Positions 40,838 to 52,285 of a DNA stretch of 64,000 nucleotides are shown one piece after another. Made by a program: the position numbers and the translations under genes. The notes beneath the pieces were generated by a model. It had not been told where the DNA came from, did no database searches, and was given only the letters and a program-made list of their open reading frames with translations. The DNA is from Prevotella sp. (GTDB lineage: Bacteria > Bacteroidota > Bacteroidia > Bacteroidales > Dysgonomonadaceae): NCBI GenBank assembly GCA_031285905.1, contig JAITVH010000122.1, positions 51,823 to 115,822 on the forward strand, written 5' to 3'. Numbering within the stretch: position 1 is the stretch's first letter; each line of letters opens with the position of its first letter.

Positions 40838-41669
40838 GAAACGAAAACATTTTATGTGGAATAAAATAAAAATTATCGGACTATTTTTAAGCATTATTTG
40901 TTACTGCAACTCATGTGTAACCAATAAGCAAACAGACTTATTACAAGACATCAAGTTAAACTACCCGCAACTGACCGCAACTGCAGAAGAATATAAAATT
41001 ATTCCGGGGGATCAACTAAGTGTGACAGTTTATACAGCAGGCGATAATGACGAAACCGCCCGAATGTTTGCAGGTTACCGCCCCAATTTTACCTATCAGG
41101 GGCTTAACGAATCTACCGGCGTGAATGTAGGTTCTCAAAGTCGTGGACTCGAAAATGTATGGAGTAAACCTATCATGGTGTACGCTGATGGAACAATGAC
41201 ATTCCCCTATATAGGAAAAATGTATGTACAAGGACTTACGATATTGCAGGTACGTAACTTATTGAGCGAAAAGCTGGATGCTATTGATGCCGGGACAACT
41301 GCCGATGTCACTCTTTCCAATAGGTATTTTAGTATTCTAGGTGAAGCAGGAGCAAACCGGATAACCATGCCCAGCACATCTATGACCATACTTGAGGCTC
41401 TCTCTATAGCAGGAAACATAGGCCCGTATGGAGATCGCTCGAAAGTGACAGTTATACGACAGACTGCAACAGGTTCGGAAACGAAAACCTTTGACCTTAG
41501 GAGTAAAGAGATAATAGATACTGAATTTTATTATATACAACCCAATGATGTGATTTATATACCTCAGACTTCTAAGAAGTTTTTGGATTCTACCACTTCT
41601 TTTTCCGGTGTATTTGGGTTGTTGTTGTCCGTTTCCAGTCTTATTGTAGTTATACTTAGAGTCTTTTGA
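40824..41669 (+). CDS. Polysaccharide export lipoprotein (Wza/OPX family), paralog 1
   Basis: Lipobox CNSC; [19 protein letters not shown] and [10 protein letters not shown] motifs; alternative start at 40854. Confidence 0.85.
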   Translation: MVNTEKRKHFMWNKIKIIGLFLSIICYCNSCVTNKQTDLLQDIKLNYPQLTATAEEYKIIPGDQLSVTVYTAGDNDETARMFAGYRPNFTYQGLNESTGVNVGSQSRGLENVWSKPIMVYADGTMTFPYIGKMYVQGLTILQVRNLLSEKLDAIDAGTTADVTLSNRYFSILGEAGANRITMPSTSMTILEALSIAGNIGPYGDRSKVTVIRQTATGSETKTFDLRSKEIIDTEFYYIQPNDVIYIPQTSKKFLDSTTSFSGVFGLLLSVSSLIVVILRVF

Positions 41670-41672
41670 TAC

Positions 41673-42416
41673 ATGAAATTAATATTACAATATCTTTTAT
41701 TGGGCCTTCTCTCCGTTGCTTTATTTTCTTCCTGCATATCCAGTGAAGATATAAATTATCTGCAACCAATAGACAAATATTACCCAATGCATGAATTTAC
41801 CCCCTACAAGTTGAAAGTAGGCGATATGATCGCATGCTCTGTTTCTTCAAGTGATTTGGAATGGGTTAATCGGTTCAATACTGTTTTAAGTGTTGACCAG
41901 AATGCTCAAAAAAACTACCGCATTTATGAAGACAGCACTGTGATTCTTCCATTCTTCGGTACGGCAAAGATTGCGGGTTGTACTGTGCAGGAAGCAGAAG
42001 TCATCCTTCAAAAGTCAATGCAGGAATCAGTAAAAGATGTACAGGTAAAAGTTTCGATGGCGAATAATAATTTTTATATTTATGCAGAAAACAAAAGAGG
42101 CACTTATCCGGTTTATAAAGAGAACCTGACTATATATCAGGCATTGGCTATTGCCAATCAAACAACTGGCATGATGGACTTGTCAAGAGTCAAAATATTG
42201 AGAAAAGCTGAAGATGGAACAACCAGAGAAATGGAATTTGATCTTAGGACTCAGGCTGTCATTCAATCTGAATTTTATTACATTCAGCCAAATGATTACA
42301 TCTACTTTCCTACTAACAAAAATGCATTCTTTAACGTAAGTTCTTTGAGTTCGTTCACATCAATGCTTTCAGCGCCATTGATGTTTTTCTTGTATTCCAT
42401 TACTTATAATTTCTGA
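41673..42416 (+). CDS. Polysaccharide export lipoprotein (Wza/OPX family), paralog 2
   Basis: Lipobox FSSC; YKLKVGD and YYIQPNDYIY motifs. Confidence 0.85.
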   Translation: MKLILQYLLLGLLSVALFSSCISSEDINYLQPIDKYYPMHEFTPYKLKVGDMIACSVSSSDLEWVNRFNTVLSVDQNAQKNYRIYEDSTVILPFFGTAKIAGCTVQEAEVILQKSMQESVKDVQVKVSMANNNFYIYAENKRGTYPVYKENLTIYQALAIANQTTGMMDLSRVKILRKAEDGTTREMEFDLRTQAVIQSEFYYIQPNDYIYFPTNKNAFFNVSSLSSFTSMLSAPLMFFLYSITYNF

Positions 42417-42440
42417 TGAGACTTAAATAGCTGGTAATAT

Positions 42441-44864
42441 ATGGATATAAATAACAATAGAAGAGGAGCAGATCCAGATCCTTATTTCGAAGAAGTAAAG
42501 TCGAAGACTAATATTTCTTTCGATTATGTATTATGGTTTTATCGGATATTAAAGTACTGGTATCTCTTCGTTATCTCTATTGCCCTGTTTGTAGGATATG
42601 CCTACCTGGAAAACAAAAAATGGATACCTTATTCTTCAACAGAGGCAAAACTCCTGTTCGAGTCTACCGGAGCTTTAAGTGTTGTTTCCGGGGCAGTACC
42701 TACAGGTTCGCTATTGAGAAGTACCGAGACACAACAACTTATACTGAACTCTTACGAATTGACGGAACGTACGGTAAAAAAACTTCCGGTCAAAATGCAT
42801 GTCGAATATTTCCTTCAGACAAGATTTAAAACCATTAGCTTCTATACCGATTCTCCCATTGAAATTATTATCGATAGCCTCGAACGTGACATCAAACCCG
42901 AAGCATACAATTATATATACAATATAACATATGTAAATGATTCGGTATGTGAAATCAGTTACCAGAAAGCTCCTGACCAGCCTGTTATCTCATTGCTGGC
43001 TTCTTTCGATACCCCTATACCTCATGAGTTATTCAGAATCAGATTGAAAAAGAGCCATCCTTTTCTTTCAGCCGAAAAATCATTCAGGAAAGATATAAAA
43101 TCATTTAGCTTCCGCTTCTTAAATGACAACCAGTTAATTGGTATATTCAGCGGGCGTGTTTCATCCAGGTTATTAGACCCTAATGCACTTATACTTGCAG
43201 TGAATATGTCGGGTCCAGACCCGGACAGGGATAAAGACTATATGGATATATTACTGGAAGCATTTCAGGAATACAATCTTATATTAAAAAACAAGCAGGC
43301 CGACATAACTATAAACTTCCTGGATGAGCAATTGAAATTATTCAATGACTCGTTAGATATGTCACGTATAAAACTTGAGACGCTTCAGAAAGAAACCGGT
43401 GTATATGAGGTAACATCCCAAGGACTACGGATAGAAATGGATAGTGCTGAACGTGAAATTGATTATCTGGCGATAAAAGACCGTTCGATAAGGCTTTTGA
43501 GTGAAAAAGTTAGGGAAGCCATTGTTAATGACAAAGCACCCGAAATCATAGAGCCTGTTGCCCTAGGGATAATTAATCCACGATTGAACCAATATATCCT
43601 GGAATATAACACCATCTTAAGGAGATACAAAAATCTGGGCGAAAAGAATCCTCTTTATTATAAAACAGTTGATTTACTGGATGAAAGTAGGATACGCATT
43701 ATAAAAGAGGTGCAAATCATGCAAGTCCAGCTTCAGGATCAAAAGGATGCACTGGTGAGAAAATACGAATTGATACAAAAAAGGACAGAGAACCTACCTT
43801 CTCAGGAAAGAGATCTGGTCAAATATCAAAGAGAATACCGGAACTATGAGATGTACCATCAATTCCTGACACAAAGAAAACGCGAAGCCGAAATACAGCG
43901 AGCATCAAATAAACCGGATATTGATATTTGGGGAGCGCCGAGAGTCACTTCCCGGGGATTTAATGCCGGAGAAAAAAATAAAAATTATATGTTCTTTATT
44001 GTCTTGGGATTCATTCTTCCTCTCGGGTTCGTTGTTCTGAAAGAAGAGGTTCTGAACTTTACAATAATGACTAAAGAAGAATGTGAAAAAATATCCGGAT
44101 TCCCGGTTATCGGTACAATAGAGAATATATCCAAAAAAAATAAAACCGGGGCAGTCCTCGTCAAAAACTATCCAAAGTCCAGCTTTGCCGAATCCTTTAG
44201 GAATATGAGAGTGCGGATAGAATACATGGCCCAACGGGAAAATAAGATCACCGTATTGGTTACATCAACTGAACCTGCCGACGGTAAAACATTTATCGCC
44301 ACCAATGTGGCCTCCGTTTATCAATTGATGGGCAAAAAAGTAGTTATTATCGACCTTGACTTGCGAAGGCCTTCCGTTGCAAAAACCTTACAGATCGAAG
44401 GGCAAGTAGGTGTTTCCAATTACCTGATAGGACAAGTATCACTTGAAGACATTGTAGTCACACACCCCGACTATGGTTTTGATATTATACCTGCCGGAGC
44501 ATTACCTCCAAATCCAAGTGAATTGATAAAGACAGCAAAAACCCGTCAGATGCTGGAATATCTGAAGGAAATATATGATTATGTAATCATAGACTGTAGC
44601 CCTGTCGGCTTAGTTTCTGATGCATACATCCTATCAGAGGTAGCCGACACTACCCTATTTGTTGTCAGAAGGGCTAAGACAAATAAGTCGTTCTTTAAAA
44701 GCGTAGTCGGACAATTAAAGTATGATGGCGTTGAGAATATTGCCCTCGTATTTAACGATGTGAAAGGACGAGAAGGTTATTATGGTACTTCCAGATATTA
44801 TGGAGACAGGACTTACTATCTCAAGAAGAACTCTTATTATCACGACGATTACTACGAAAACTAA
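42441..44864 (+). CDS. Polysaccharide copolymerase / tyrosine autokinase (Wzc family)
   Basis: Two TM segments; STEPADGKT, IDLDLRRP and IIDCSP motifs; Tyr-rich C-terminus. Confidence 0.92.
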   Translation: MDINNNRRGADPDPYFEEVKSKTNISFDYVLWFYRILKYWYLFVISIALFVGYAYLENKKWIPYSSTEAKLLFESTGALSVVSGAVPTGSLLRSTETQQLILNSYELTERTVKKLPVKMHVEYFLQTRFKTISFYTDSPIEIIIDSLERDIKPEAYNYIYNITYVNDSVCEISYQKAPDQPVISLLASFDTPIPHELFRIRLKKSHPFLSAEKSFRKDIKSFSFRFLNDNQLIGIFSGRVSSRLLDPNALILAVNMSGPDPDRDKDYMDILLEAFQEYNLILKNKQADITINFLDEQLKLFNDSLDMSRIKLETLQKETGVYEVTSQGLRIEMDSAEREIDYLAIKDRSIRLLSEKVREAIVNDKAPEIIEPVALGIINPRLNQYILEYNTILRRYKNLGEKNPLYYKTVDLLDESRIRIIKEVQIMQVQLQDQKDALVRKYELIQKRTENLPSQERDLVKYQREYRNYEMYHQFLTQRKREAEIQRASNKPDIDIWGAPRVTSRGFNAGEKNKNYMFFIVLGFILPLGFVVLKEEVLNFTIMTKEECEKISGFPVIGTIENISKKNKTGAVLVKNYPKSSFAESFRNMRVRIEYMAQRENKITVLVTSTEPADGKTFIATNVASVYQLMGKKVVIIDLDLRRPSVAKTLQIEGQVGVSNYLIGQVSLEDIVVTHPDYGFDIIPAGALPPNPSELIKTAKTRQMLEYLKEIYDYVIIDCSPVGLVSDAYILSEVADTTLFVVRRAKTNKSFFKSVVGQLKYDGVENIALVFNDVKGREGYYGTSRYYGDRTYYLKKNSYYHDDYYEN

Positions 44865-44959
44865 AAAATATATTAAAAAAAGAGGTTGTTAAGGCCTCTT
44901 TTTTCACTCTTTACAGATTATTCATATATTTGCCTATCAACGACTAAATACAATCTCTT

Positions 44960-47011
44960 GTGAAAAAGAAAATACTCTTACTATTTGTATTGCTTAGCAG
45001 CCTGCCGGCAATCGGACAAATTAATACAGACAGAGTTATCTTAATCGGACGAAACGCTCTTTACTACGAAGACTATGTATTGGCGATACAATACTTCAAT
45101 CAGGTAATAAAAGCCAAGCCATATCTTGCCGAGCCGTATTATTACAGGGCGGTAGCAAAGTATTTCTTAGATGACTTCAAAGGAGCATCTGATGATTGTA
45201 CATTAGCAGTGGATCGAAATCCATATATGACAAGGGCATACCAACTGAGAGCCGATGCCCTTCAAAGTCAGGGAGATTATGATGGAGCCCTGGCTGACTA
45301 TGTAGTTTCGCTGGAGAATTACCCTAATGATAAATTCACTCTGATAAATCTGGGGGTTGTCAATATTCAGAAGAAGGAATATGATCAGGCAGAAAAGTAT
45401 CTGGAAACCTTATTAAAGACATATCCTACCTATACACAGGGATATATGGTCAGAGGGGCACTATATCAGGAAAAGGGTGATACACTAAAAGCTTTTGAGA
45501 ATTATACGGAAGCAATAAAGCAAGACAAGTACCTTTCCCAACCTTATTCGATGAGAGGCTTGCTCTACTATTACAAGCAGGACTTTGACAACGCCCTGGC
45601 CGATTTTGATGAAGCTGTCAGGCTGGAACCATTGTTCACCGGAAACTACATTAACCGCGGACTGGTCAGGTATTCTAAAAACGATCTGAGAGGGGCGATG
45701 AGTGATTATGACAAAGTGATCGATCTTGATCCGAATAATCTGATTGCCAGATTTAACCGGGGGCTTCTTCGTTCTCAGGTAGGGGATGATAACCGGGCTA
45801 TCGAGGACTTCGATATTGTTATCAGGTTTGAGCCGGACAATCTTATTGCTTATTTTAACAGGGCTTTAATCAAAAATAATATTGGAGACTATAAGGGATC
45901 ATTAGAAGACCTGAATGCAGTTTTAGCAGAGTTTCCTGAGTTCTACCACGGATTTTATGCCCGTGCTGAAATAAAACGCCGCCAGAACGATCTGAAAGGT
46001 GCAGAGCGTGACTTCAACTATGCGCGCAATGAGGAAGCACGAAAAAACAGGGAGATGACAGCAGGAAATATTACCGAAGAGGATGCATCTAAAACGCGCG
46101 AAAAATCAGATAAAGACATAGACAAGTTTAATATGCTCGTGGTAGCTGATAAGACCGAAGAAGAAAAAAGCAAATATAATAACGATACGCGGGGGCGCAT
46201 CCAGAACCAGCAGGTTAAGCTAAGTCTTGAACCGAAATTCGTTGTCACGTATTATGAAAAGCATAATGATCTTCGCCGGTTTGTCTACTATAGTCCGCTT
46301 ATAGATGGATTGAATAAGGAAGCCGTATTGCCTAAAAAATTGAGATTGACTAATAGCGAAACATCATTAAATGAATTGCAGATACAAGAGCATTTCAGAT
46401 CTATTGGTGACCTGTCTATGCAGATTGCAAATGACTCGACGAATGCTTATCTATATTTTGGGCGTGCAATGGATTATATGCTCATTCAGGACTTTACAAG
46501 TGCTATTGAAGATTTGAATACGGCTATCAGGTTCGATTCCAAATTTACATTGGCCTATTTCAATCTGGCAGTGGTATATACCAAGCAGTTGGAATTGAAG
46601 GAGAATGTACCGGAATATCAGTCTGGTACCAATCAATCGGATTTGGCAACTTTGGGTAAGACAAAGACAGAATCAGCTTTGCCTACATCAACTACAATTT
46701 TAGAAAAAGGGAATATTGAACATGAACTCATTATTAAGAATTATAATAAGGTGATTGAGTTAAATCCTGAATTCATATACGCTTACTACAACAGGGCAGA
46801 GGTTCGTTACAGACAAAATGATTATCGTGCTGCTATCCTGGATTATAATGAAGCCTTACGCCGCGATCCTGCATTTGCCGAAGCGTATTATAACAGAGGG
46901 TTGAGCCGTTTTCAGGTAAAAGATAAGGACAGGGCTTTGGATGATATGCGGAAAGCCGGCGAAATGGGTATTGTAGAGGCATACAGTATTATAAAGAGGA
47001 TGACGGAGTGA
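44960..47011 (+). CDS. Secreted tetratricopeptide-repeat protein
   Basis: Signal peptide; many AYxNRG TPR repeats. Confidence 0.9.
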   Translation: MKKKILLLFVLLSSLPAIGQINTDRVILIGRNALYYEDYVLAIQYFNQVIKAKPYLAEPYYYRAVAKYFLDDFKGASDDCTLAVDRNPYMTRAYQLRADALQSQGDYDGALADYVVSLENYPNDKFTLINLGVVNIQKKEYDQAEKYLETLLKTYPTYTQGYMVRGALYQEKGDTLKAFENYTEAIKQDKYLSQPYSMRGLLYYYKQDFDNALADFDEAVRLEPLFTGNYINRGLVRYSKNDLRGAMSDYDKVIDLDPNNLIARFNRGLLRSQVGDDNRAIEDFDIVIRFEPDNLIAYFNRALIKNNIGDYKGSLEDLNAVLAEFPEFYHGFYARAEIKRRQNDLKGAERDFNYARNEEARKNREMTAGNITEEDASKTREKSDKDIDKFNMLVVADKTEEEKSKYNNDTRGRIQNQQVKLSLEPKFVVTYYEKHNDLRRFVYYSPLIDGLNKEAVLPKKLRLTNSETSLNELQIQEHFRSIGDLSMQIANDSTNAYLYFGRAMDYMLIQDFTSAIEDLNTAIRFDSKFTLAYFNLAVVYTKQLELKENVPEYQSGTNQSDLATLGKTKTESALPTSTTILEKGNIEHELIIKNYNKVIELNPEFIYAYYNRAEVRYRQNDYRAAILDYNEALRRDPAFAEAYYNRGLSRFQVKDKDRALDDMRKAGEMGIVEAYSIIKRMTE

Positions 47012-47421
47012 TAATAAAGCAACAGATAAAGTTTGGAAGTACAAGAAATGAAATAGATGAACTGGCACAGAAAGTTCTAGCCGGCGAAAAAACGGCAACA
47101 TCTTCCCTTCTTGAGTATTATAAGTTGGGTATAAAAGAGTTAAGTAAGGTAGGCGATTATATAGCTGTTTTAGACTCTTCTGACAAAAGAATTGTTGTAG
47201 TTCAAGTCACTCGAATAGAAGTTATTAAGTTTAAAAATATTACAGAATCTTTCGCTATAGAAGAAGGTGATGGTAGTTTATCCAATTGGACAGCGATCCA
47301 TCACCCATATTATTCCGACCGAATGTCCGCTATCGGAAAAGAACTGACAGGTGATACCGAACTGGTTTGCGAGTGGTTTCAGGTAATTCCACTTACAACT
47401 GCGACTACCCAGACCGGATAG
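47008..47421 (+). CDS. ASCH domain protein
   Basis: GEKTATSS, FAIEEGDGSLSNW and LVCEWF motifs. Confidence 0.88.
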   Translation: MIIKQQIKFGSTRNEIDELAQKVLAGEKTATSSLLEYYKLGIKELSKVGDYIAVLDSSDKRIVVVQVTRIEVIKFKNITESFAIEEGDGSLSNWTAIHHPYYSDRMSAIGKELTGDTELVCEWFQVIPLTTATTQTG

Positions 47422-47552
47422 AAGTTCCGGTTCTTCATATTTATCTTTTCTCTGGCTTGACAATACATTCTATCACAAAAAATACTTATTTTTGCAAATT
47501 GAAAAAATAGCTTATTTGTAGAAGCTATTATAATTAAAATATTGATATAAAG

Positions 47553-49505
47553 ATGATAAAAATTACATTTCCGGATGGTTCTGTTCGTGAGTATGCGAAA
47601 GGAACAACATCATTGCAGATTGCTGAAAGTATCAGTTCACGTTTGGCGCAGGAAGTTCTGGCCGCCAAAGTTAACGGTGAAATTTGGGATTTAACAAGGC
47701 CAATCGAGCAGGATGTCACGATCGAACTTCTGAAATGGGAAGACGATGATGCTAAACATGCGTACTGGCATTCATCAGCCCACCTTATGGCCGAGGCTGT
47801 ACAGATACTCTATCCACATGCTAAGTTTGGGATAGGGCCTGCTATCGAAAATGGTTTCTACTATGATATAGACTTTGGTGATACACCGGTTAAGGATTCT
47901 GATTTTCCGAAAATCGAAGCCAAAATGATGGAGTTAATAGCCAATAAAGAAGAGATCAAACGCCAAAGCATTACAAAAACTGATGCACTTCAACTATTCA
48001 ATGGCCGTCACGAGAACTACAAGGTAGAACTTATAAATGACCTTGAAGACGGGACTATCACAACATATACTCAGGGTGTATTTACCGACCTTTGCCGTGG
48101 GCCGCACTTACCTAATACATCGTATATAAAAGCGGTGAAAATACTTAGTGCAGCAGGTGCGTACTGGCGGGGTGATGAAACTCGTAAGCAGCTTACCCGT
48201 CTCTATGGGATTACCTTTCCTAAGAAGAAGATGCTGGATGACTATCTGCTAATGCTGGAAGAAGCAAAAAAACGGGATCACCGTAAGATTGGTAAAGAGC
48301 TTGAATTGTTTGCTTTCTCAGAGAATGTAGGAAAAGGCTTGCCATTGTGGTTGCCTCGAGGAACACAGTTACGTCTGAAACTGGAAGACTTCCTGAAAAA
48401 AATACAGAAGAAGTTCGATTATGAGCAGGTAATGACTCCTCATATCGGAAGCAAGATATTATATGTGACGTCCGGACATTATGAAAAATACGGGAAAGAT
48501 TCTTTCCAACCTATACATACACCGGAAGAAGGAGAGGAATTCCTGTTAAAACCTATGAACTGCCCTCACCACTGTGAGATATATAAAGTAGTTCCCCGTT
48601 CATACAAAGACCTTCCTTTACGCCTGGCGGAATTCGGGACTGTCTATCGTTATGAGCAAAGCGGTGAGCTTCATGGCTTAACCCGTGTTCGTGGTTTTAC
48701 CCAGGATGACGCACACATCTTTTGTACTCCTGAGCAATTAAAGACCGAATTCCTGAAAGTAATGGATATTGTCTTTATCATATTCAAGGCCTTGGATTTT
48801 GAAAACTTTGAAGCCCAGATATCATTGCGTGATCCTGAAAACAAGCAAAAATATATAGGCAGCGACGAAAATTGGGAAAAGGCAGAACGTGCAATCATAG
48901 AGGCATGTGAAGAGAAAGGACTCCCGGCAAAAGTAGAACTTGGTGAAGCTGCTTTCTATGGCCCTAAACTGGATTTCATGGTAAAGGATGCGCTTGGCCG
49001 TCGCTGGCAATTAGGTACGATACAAGTGGACTATAACCTTCCCGAACGCTTCGAACTGGAATATACAGGATCTGACAACCAGAAACATCGCCCGGTAATG
49101 ATACACCGTGCTCCGTTTGGTTCGATGGAACGCTTTATAGCCGTCCTTATCGAGCATACAGCAGGTAAATTCCCGCTGTGGCTTGCACCTGATCAGGTTG
49201 TGGTATTGCCTATCAGTGAAAAGTTCAACGATTATGCATACCGCGTCTCCGGCTATTTAAGGCAGAAGGGTATCAGTTCGCAAGTGGACGACCGCAACGA
49301 AAAAATAGGACGAAAAATTCGTGATAATGAATTGAAAAGAATTCCATATTTACTCATTGTGGGTGAGAAAGAAGCAGAAACAGAAGAAGTTTCTGTAAGA
49401 AAACAGGGTGAAGGTGATACAGGTTCCATGAAATTTATTAACTTTGCTGCCCGATTGAATGAAGAAATGGAAAAGATGATGAATGCATGGGAACTTGAGT
49501 CCTAA
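47553..49505 (+). CDS. thrS: Threonine--tRNA ligase
   Basis: TGS domain; HSSAH, DLCRGPH, KPMNCP and AFYGPKLD motifs. Confidence 0.98.
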   Translation: MIKITFPDGSVREYAKGTTSLQIAESISSRLAQEVLAAKVNGEIWDLTRPIEQDVTIELLKWEDDDAKHAYWHSSAHLMAEAVQILYPHAKFGIGPAIENGFYYDIDFGDTPVKDSDFPKIEAKMMELIANKEEIKRQSITKTDALQLFNGRHENYKVELINDLEDGTITTYTQGVFTDLCRGPHLPNTSYIKAVKILSAAGAYWRGDETRKQLTRLYGITFPKKKMLDDYLLMLEEAKKRDHRKIGKELELFAFSENVGKGLPLWLPRGTQLRLKLEDFLKKIQKKFDYEQVMTPHIGSKILYVTSGHYEKYGKDSFQPIHTPEEGEEFLLKPMNCPHHCEIYKVVPRSYKDLPLRLAEFGTVYRYEQSGELHGLTRVRGFTQDDAHIFCTPEQLKTEFLKVMDIVFIIFKALDFENFEAQISLRDPENKQKYIGSDENWEKAERAIIEACEEKGLPAKVELGEAAFYGPKLDFMVKDALGRRWQLGTIQVDYNLPERFELEYTGSDNQKHRPVMIHRAPFGSMERFIAVLIEHTAGKFPLWLAPDQVVVLPISEKFNDYAYRVSGYLRQKGISSQVDDRNEKIGRKIRDNELKRIPYLLIVGEKEAETEEVSVRKQGEGDTGSMKFINFAARLNEEMEKMMNAWELES

Positions 49506-49579
49506 GTATTCGTTATTTATATATTTGAAATTTAAATAGTTAAAATAAAAAGATAAAGGAAGATTCTAACAGTTTTTGA

Positions 49580-50197
49580 ATGAGGAATAACAGATTTAAC
49601 GGCCGTAAAGAAAAAGAAGAATTACATAGAATCAATGGTAATATTCGTGCAAGAGAAGTCCGCTTAGTAGGCGACAATGTAGAACAAGGAGTTTATACCG
49701 TGCAAGAAGCTCTGCGTATGGCTGATGAACTCGAACTCGATCTGGTGGAAATTTCACCTACAGCTGTTCCCCCTGTTGTTAAAATAATGGATTACCAAAA
49801 ATTCCTTTATCAACAAAAGAAGAAACAGAAAGAGGCTAAAGCCAAATCGGTAAAAGTAGTGGTGAAAGAAATCCGTTTCGGCCCACAGACTGACGATCAT
49901 GACTTTAACTTTAAGTTGAAACATGCGAGAAGTTTCCTTGAAGAAGGTTCTAAAGTGAAAGCCTATGTGTTTTTCAAAGGTCGTTCTATTCTCTTCAAAG
50001 AACAAGGAGAAGTATTATTACTCCGTTTTGCTACAGAATTGGAAGAATTAGGAAAAGTAGATCAGCTACCTCAACTTGAGGGGAAAAAGATGATCATGAT
50101 GCTTTCTCCAAAAAAGCAACCCGTTAAACCTGTTGCTGCAAAACCGAAAGAAGGAGAAAAGAAAGATACGGAAGACGACACAACTGAAGAAGAATAA
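49580..50197 (+). CDS. infC: Translation initiation factor IF-3
   Basis: [22 protein letters not shown] and VKEIRF motifs; between thrS and rpmI. Confidence 0.97.
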   Translation: MRNNRFNGRKEKEELHRINGNIRAREVRLVGDNVEQGVYTVQEALRMADELELDLVEISPTAVPPVVKIMDYQKFLYQQKKKQKEAKAKSVKVVVKEIRFGPQTDDHDFNFKLKHARSFLEEGSKVKAYVFFKGRSILFKEQGEVLLLRFATELEELGKVDQLPQLEGKKMIMMLSPKKQPVKPVAAKPKEGEKKDTEDDTTEEE

Positions 50198-50247
50198 TCA
50201 ATTTATATAAATTATTCGTGTAATTAATAATTAATTAACTAACTGAG

Positions 50248-50445
50248 ATGCCAAAACAAAAGACTAATTCCGGTGCCAAAAAGAGGTTCGCCCTTACCGG
50301 AACAGGAAAGATCAAAAGAAAACATGCTTTCAAAAGTCATATCCTGACTAAGAAAACGAAAAAGCAAAAAAGAAACCTTACTCAGACAGGCCTTATAAGC
50401 AAGGTGGATGAGAAAGCAGTAAAACAATTGCTTGCGATGAGATAA
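50248..50445 (+). CDS. rpmI: 50S ribosomal protein L35
   Basis: [14 protein letters not shown]...HILTKK. Confidence 0.97.
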   Translation: MPKQKTNSGAKKRFALTGTGKIKRKHAFKSHILTKKTKKQKRNLTQTGLISKVDEKAVKQLLAMR

Positions 50446-50477
50446 TCGTCTTTCGTTTCAATAACAAAGCACGTTTT

Positions 50478-50558
50478 AAAAGATTTATTAACCGGATGTA
50501 TGCAGCAAAGAGTTCTTGAAACAAGAGAACCGCTATCATTCAAAACATTGTTTAAATT
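50478..50558 (+). promoter_or_regulatory. Putative L20 autoregulatory leader in the rpmI-rplT spacer
   Basis: 113-nt spacer with hairpin GTTCTTG-aaa-CAAGAGAAC; located directly upstream of rplT. Confidence 0.4.
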
Positions 50559-50903
50559 ATGCCAAGATCAGTCAATCACGTTGCTTCGCGCAACCGCAGA
50601 AAAAAAGTATTAAAACTAACAAGAGGTTACTATGGTGCCCGCAAAAATGTGTGGACAGTAGCCAAAAACACTTGGGAAAAAGGTCTTACCTATGCATTCC
50701 GTGACCGCCGCGCTAAAAAACGTAATTTCCGCGCATTGTGGATTCAGCGTATCAATGCTGCTGCACGTCTTGAAGGAATGTCTTATTCCCGCCTGATGGG
50801 CGCTCTTCACAAGAATGGCGTTGAGATCAACCGCAAAGTCCTTGCCGACCTTGCTATGAACCATCCTGAGGCATTTAAAGCCATCGTTGATAAGGTAAAA
50901 TAA
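50559..50903 (+). CDS. rplT: 50S ribosomal protein L20
   Basis: [23 protein letters not shown] and [10 protein letters not shown]. Confidence 0.98.
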   Translation: MPRSVNHVASRNRRKKVLKLTRGYYGARKNVWTVAKNTWEKGLTYAFRDRRAKKRNFRALWIQRINAAARLEGMSYSRLMGALHKNGVEINRKVLADLAMNHPEAFKAIVDKVK

Positions 50904-50920
50904 AGATTCTTTATTGATAT

Positions 50921-50958
50921 AAGAAAGCAACCTCTCATTGGGGTTGCTTTCTTGTTTT
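50921..50958 (+). terminator. Terminator after rplT
   Basis: AAGAAAGCAACC-loop-GGTTGCTTTCTT-GTTTT. Confidence 0.8.
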
Positions 50959-51122
50959 ATCTGCTTTCTAATGAGACTTAATAAAAAACAGGAGGGTGTA
51001 TTTTAGATTATTCGCAGTATGATTTAACTACCTAATGGATAGACACTTTACGAAGTTCTTGAAATTCAGAAGTAATGATTTAGAAATCGTGCGTATTTCA
51101 GCGTTTTGCGGTGCTATACTTA

Positions 51123-51638
51123 TTACCAACTATAAAATTCATAAATAAGATTCTTTCCTTCCCATCCATTTATGTTACTATGCACATTTAAAATAAGTCC
51201 ATTTTCTATTATCATACCTGTATAATCAACACTTCCATATTCTTCTATTAAGCATGAAAAGCTAATGCTATTATCAGTTCTTTCATAATTTCCTTTACTG
51301 ATATTTTCACAATCAATGTCAAACCATCTTTTTATTTGTTCGGGATTACCGGTTGAATTAACTTCTATGACCATACCATTTTCATAAAAGCGTAAATATG
51401 AAGTACCATGCATATGGTATCTTGAACGTAAATATACACCGTTGTATAATATTTTTTGTATATCATCAGTGATGATTATAGATGAAATATCATCTGACTC
51501 AGTGGGTGGATTCGGTCTGCCGGAATGAAATCCGAAAAACTCTGCCCATTGCCATCTTTGTTCTTTAGTTAAAAAATTACACCCGGTAAAAAGAATTGAC
51601 AAAAAAGCCAAAAGTAATAATGCAAAGAATATCTTCAT
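51123..51638 (-). CDS. Hypothetical lipoprotein
   Basis: Lipobox FTGC; 171 aa. Confidence 0.65.
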   Translation of the reverse strand: MKIFFALLLLAFLSILFTGCNFLTKEQRWQWAEFFGFHSGRPNPPTESDDISSIIITDDIQKILYNGVYLRSRYHMHGTSYLRFYENGMVIEVNSTGNPEQIKRWFDIDCENISKGNYERTDNSISFSCLIEEYGSVDYTGMIIENGLILNVHSNINGWEGKNLIYEFYSW

Positions 51639-51716
51639 AATTTCTTCATTTATACTTTTATTTTGGTATTCTTCCTTAATATTCTAGCTTAGAACTGGAA
51701 TCCAATCTTATCTAGC

Positions 51717-52160
51717 TTATTCTGTTGCCTCTGTTTTTTCTTCCTTATTTTCTTCTCCTTCTTCCTCTACTTCAATCTTCTCAAAATCGATACCGGCATC
51801 AAGCAGCAGGTTATACCAGTTTATAATCTTCTTTATATCGGTAGGATATACGCGATCGCGGTCGAAATCAGGAAGTACTTCTCCGAAGTATTTTTTTAAC
51901 TCTTCCGGTTTTGCATTCGGCAAAACAGATGCCTTATTTCCGCTTTCCTTTTGTTTCATCGACATCAGAATATCTCTGAGAGGAGCATCATCTGTATCTG
52001 TATATATTGAGATATCCCCAAGAGATACCACTTTGTCGCGAACATGTATCGGCATCTTTTTCTTATCAACCAATGACTCCACTATAACCATATTCTTCCC
52101 GCTCGAAATTAACTGGTATAATCCCGGTTTACCGGAAACTGATAAGATTTTTTTCAGCAT
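51717..52160 (-). CDS. DUF5606 family protein
   Basis: ILSVSGKPGLY and PDFDRDRVYPTDIKKIINWYN motifs. Confidence 0.85.
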   Translation of the reverse strand: MLKKILSVSGKPGLYQLISSGKNMVIVESLVDKKKMPIHVRDKVVSLGDISIYTDTDDAPLRDILMSMKQKESGNKASVLPNAKPEELKKYFGEVLPDFDRDRVYPTDIKKIINWYNLLLDAGIDFEKIEVEEEGEENKEEKTEATE

Positions 52161-52285
52161 AATAATTTTGTTTAGATGATATATTTATTCTAGTCTGGCG
52201 ACAAAAATAATAGTAAAGCCTCAAATATGATAATTTGAGGCTTAAAAAATCAATATAAAAATCTTAAACAATTAAAATTCAGTAA

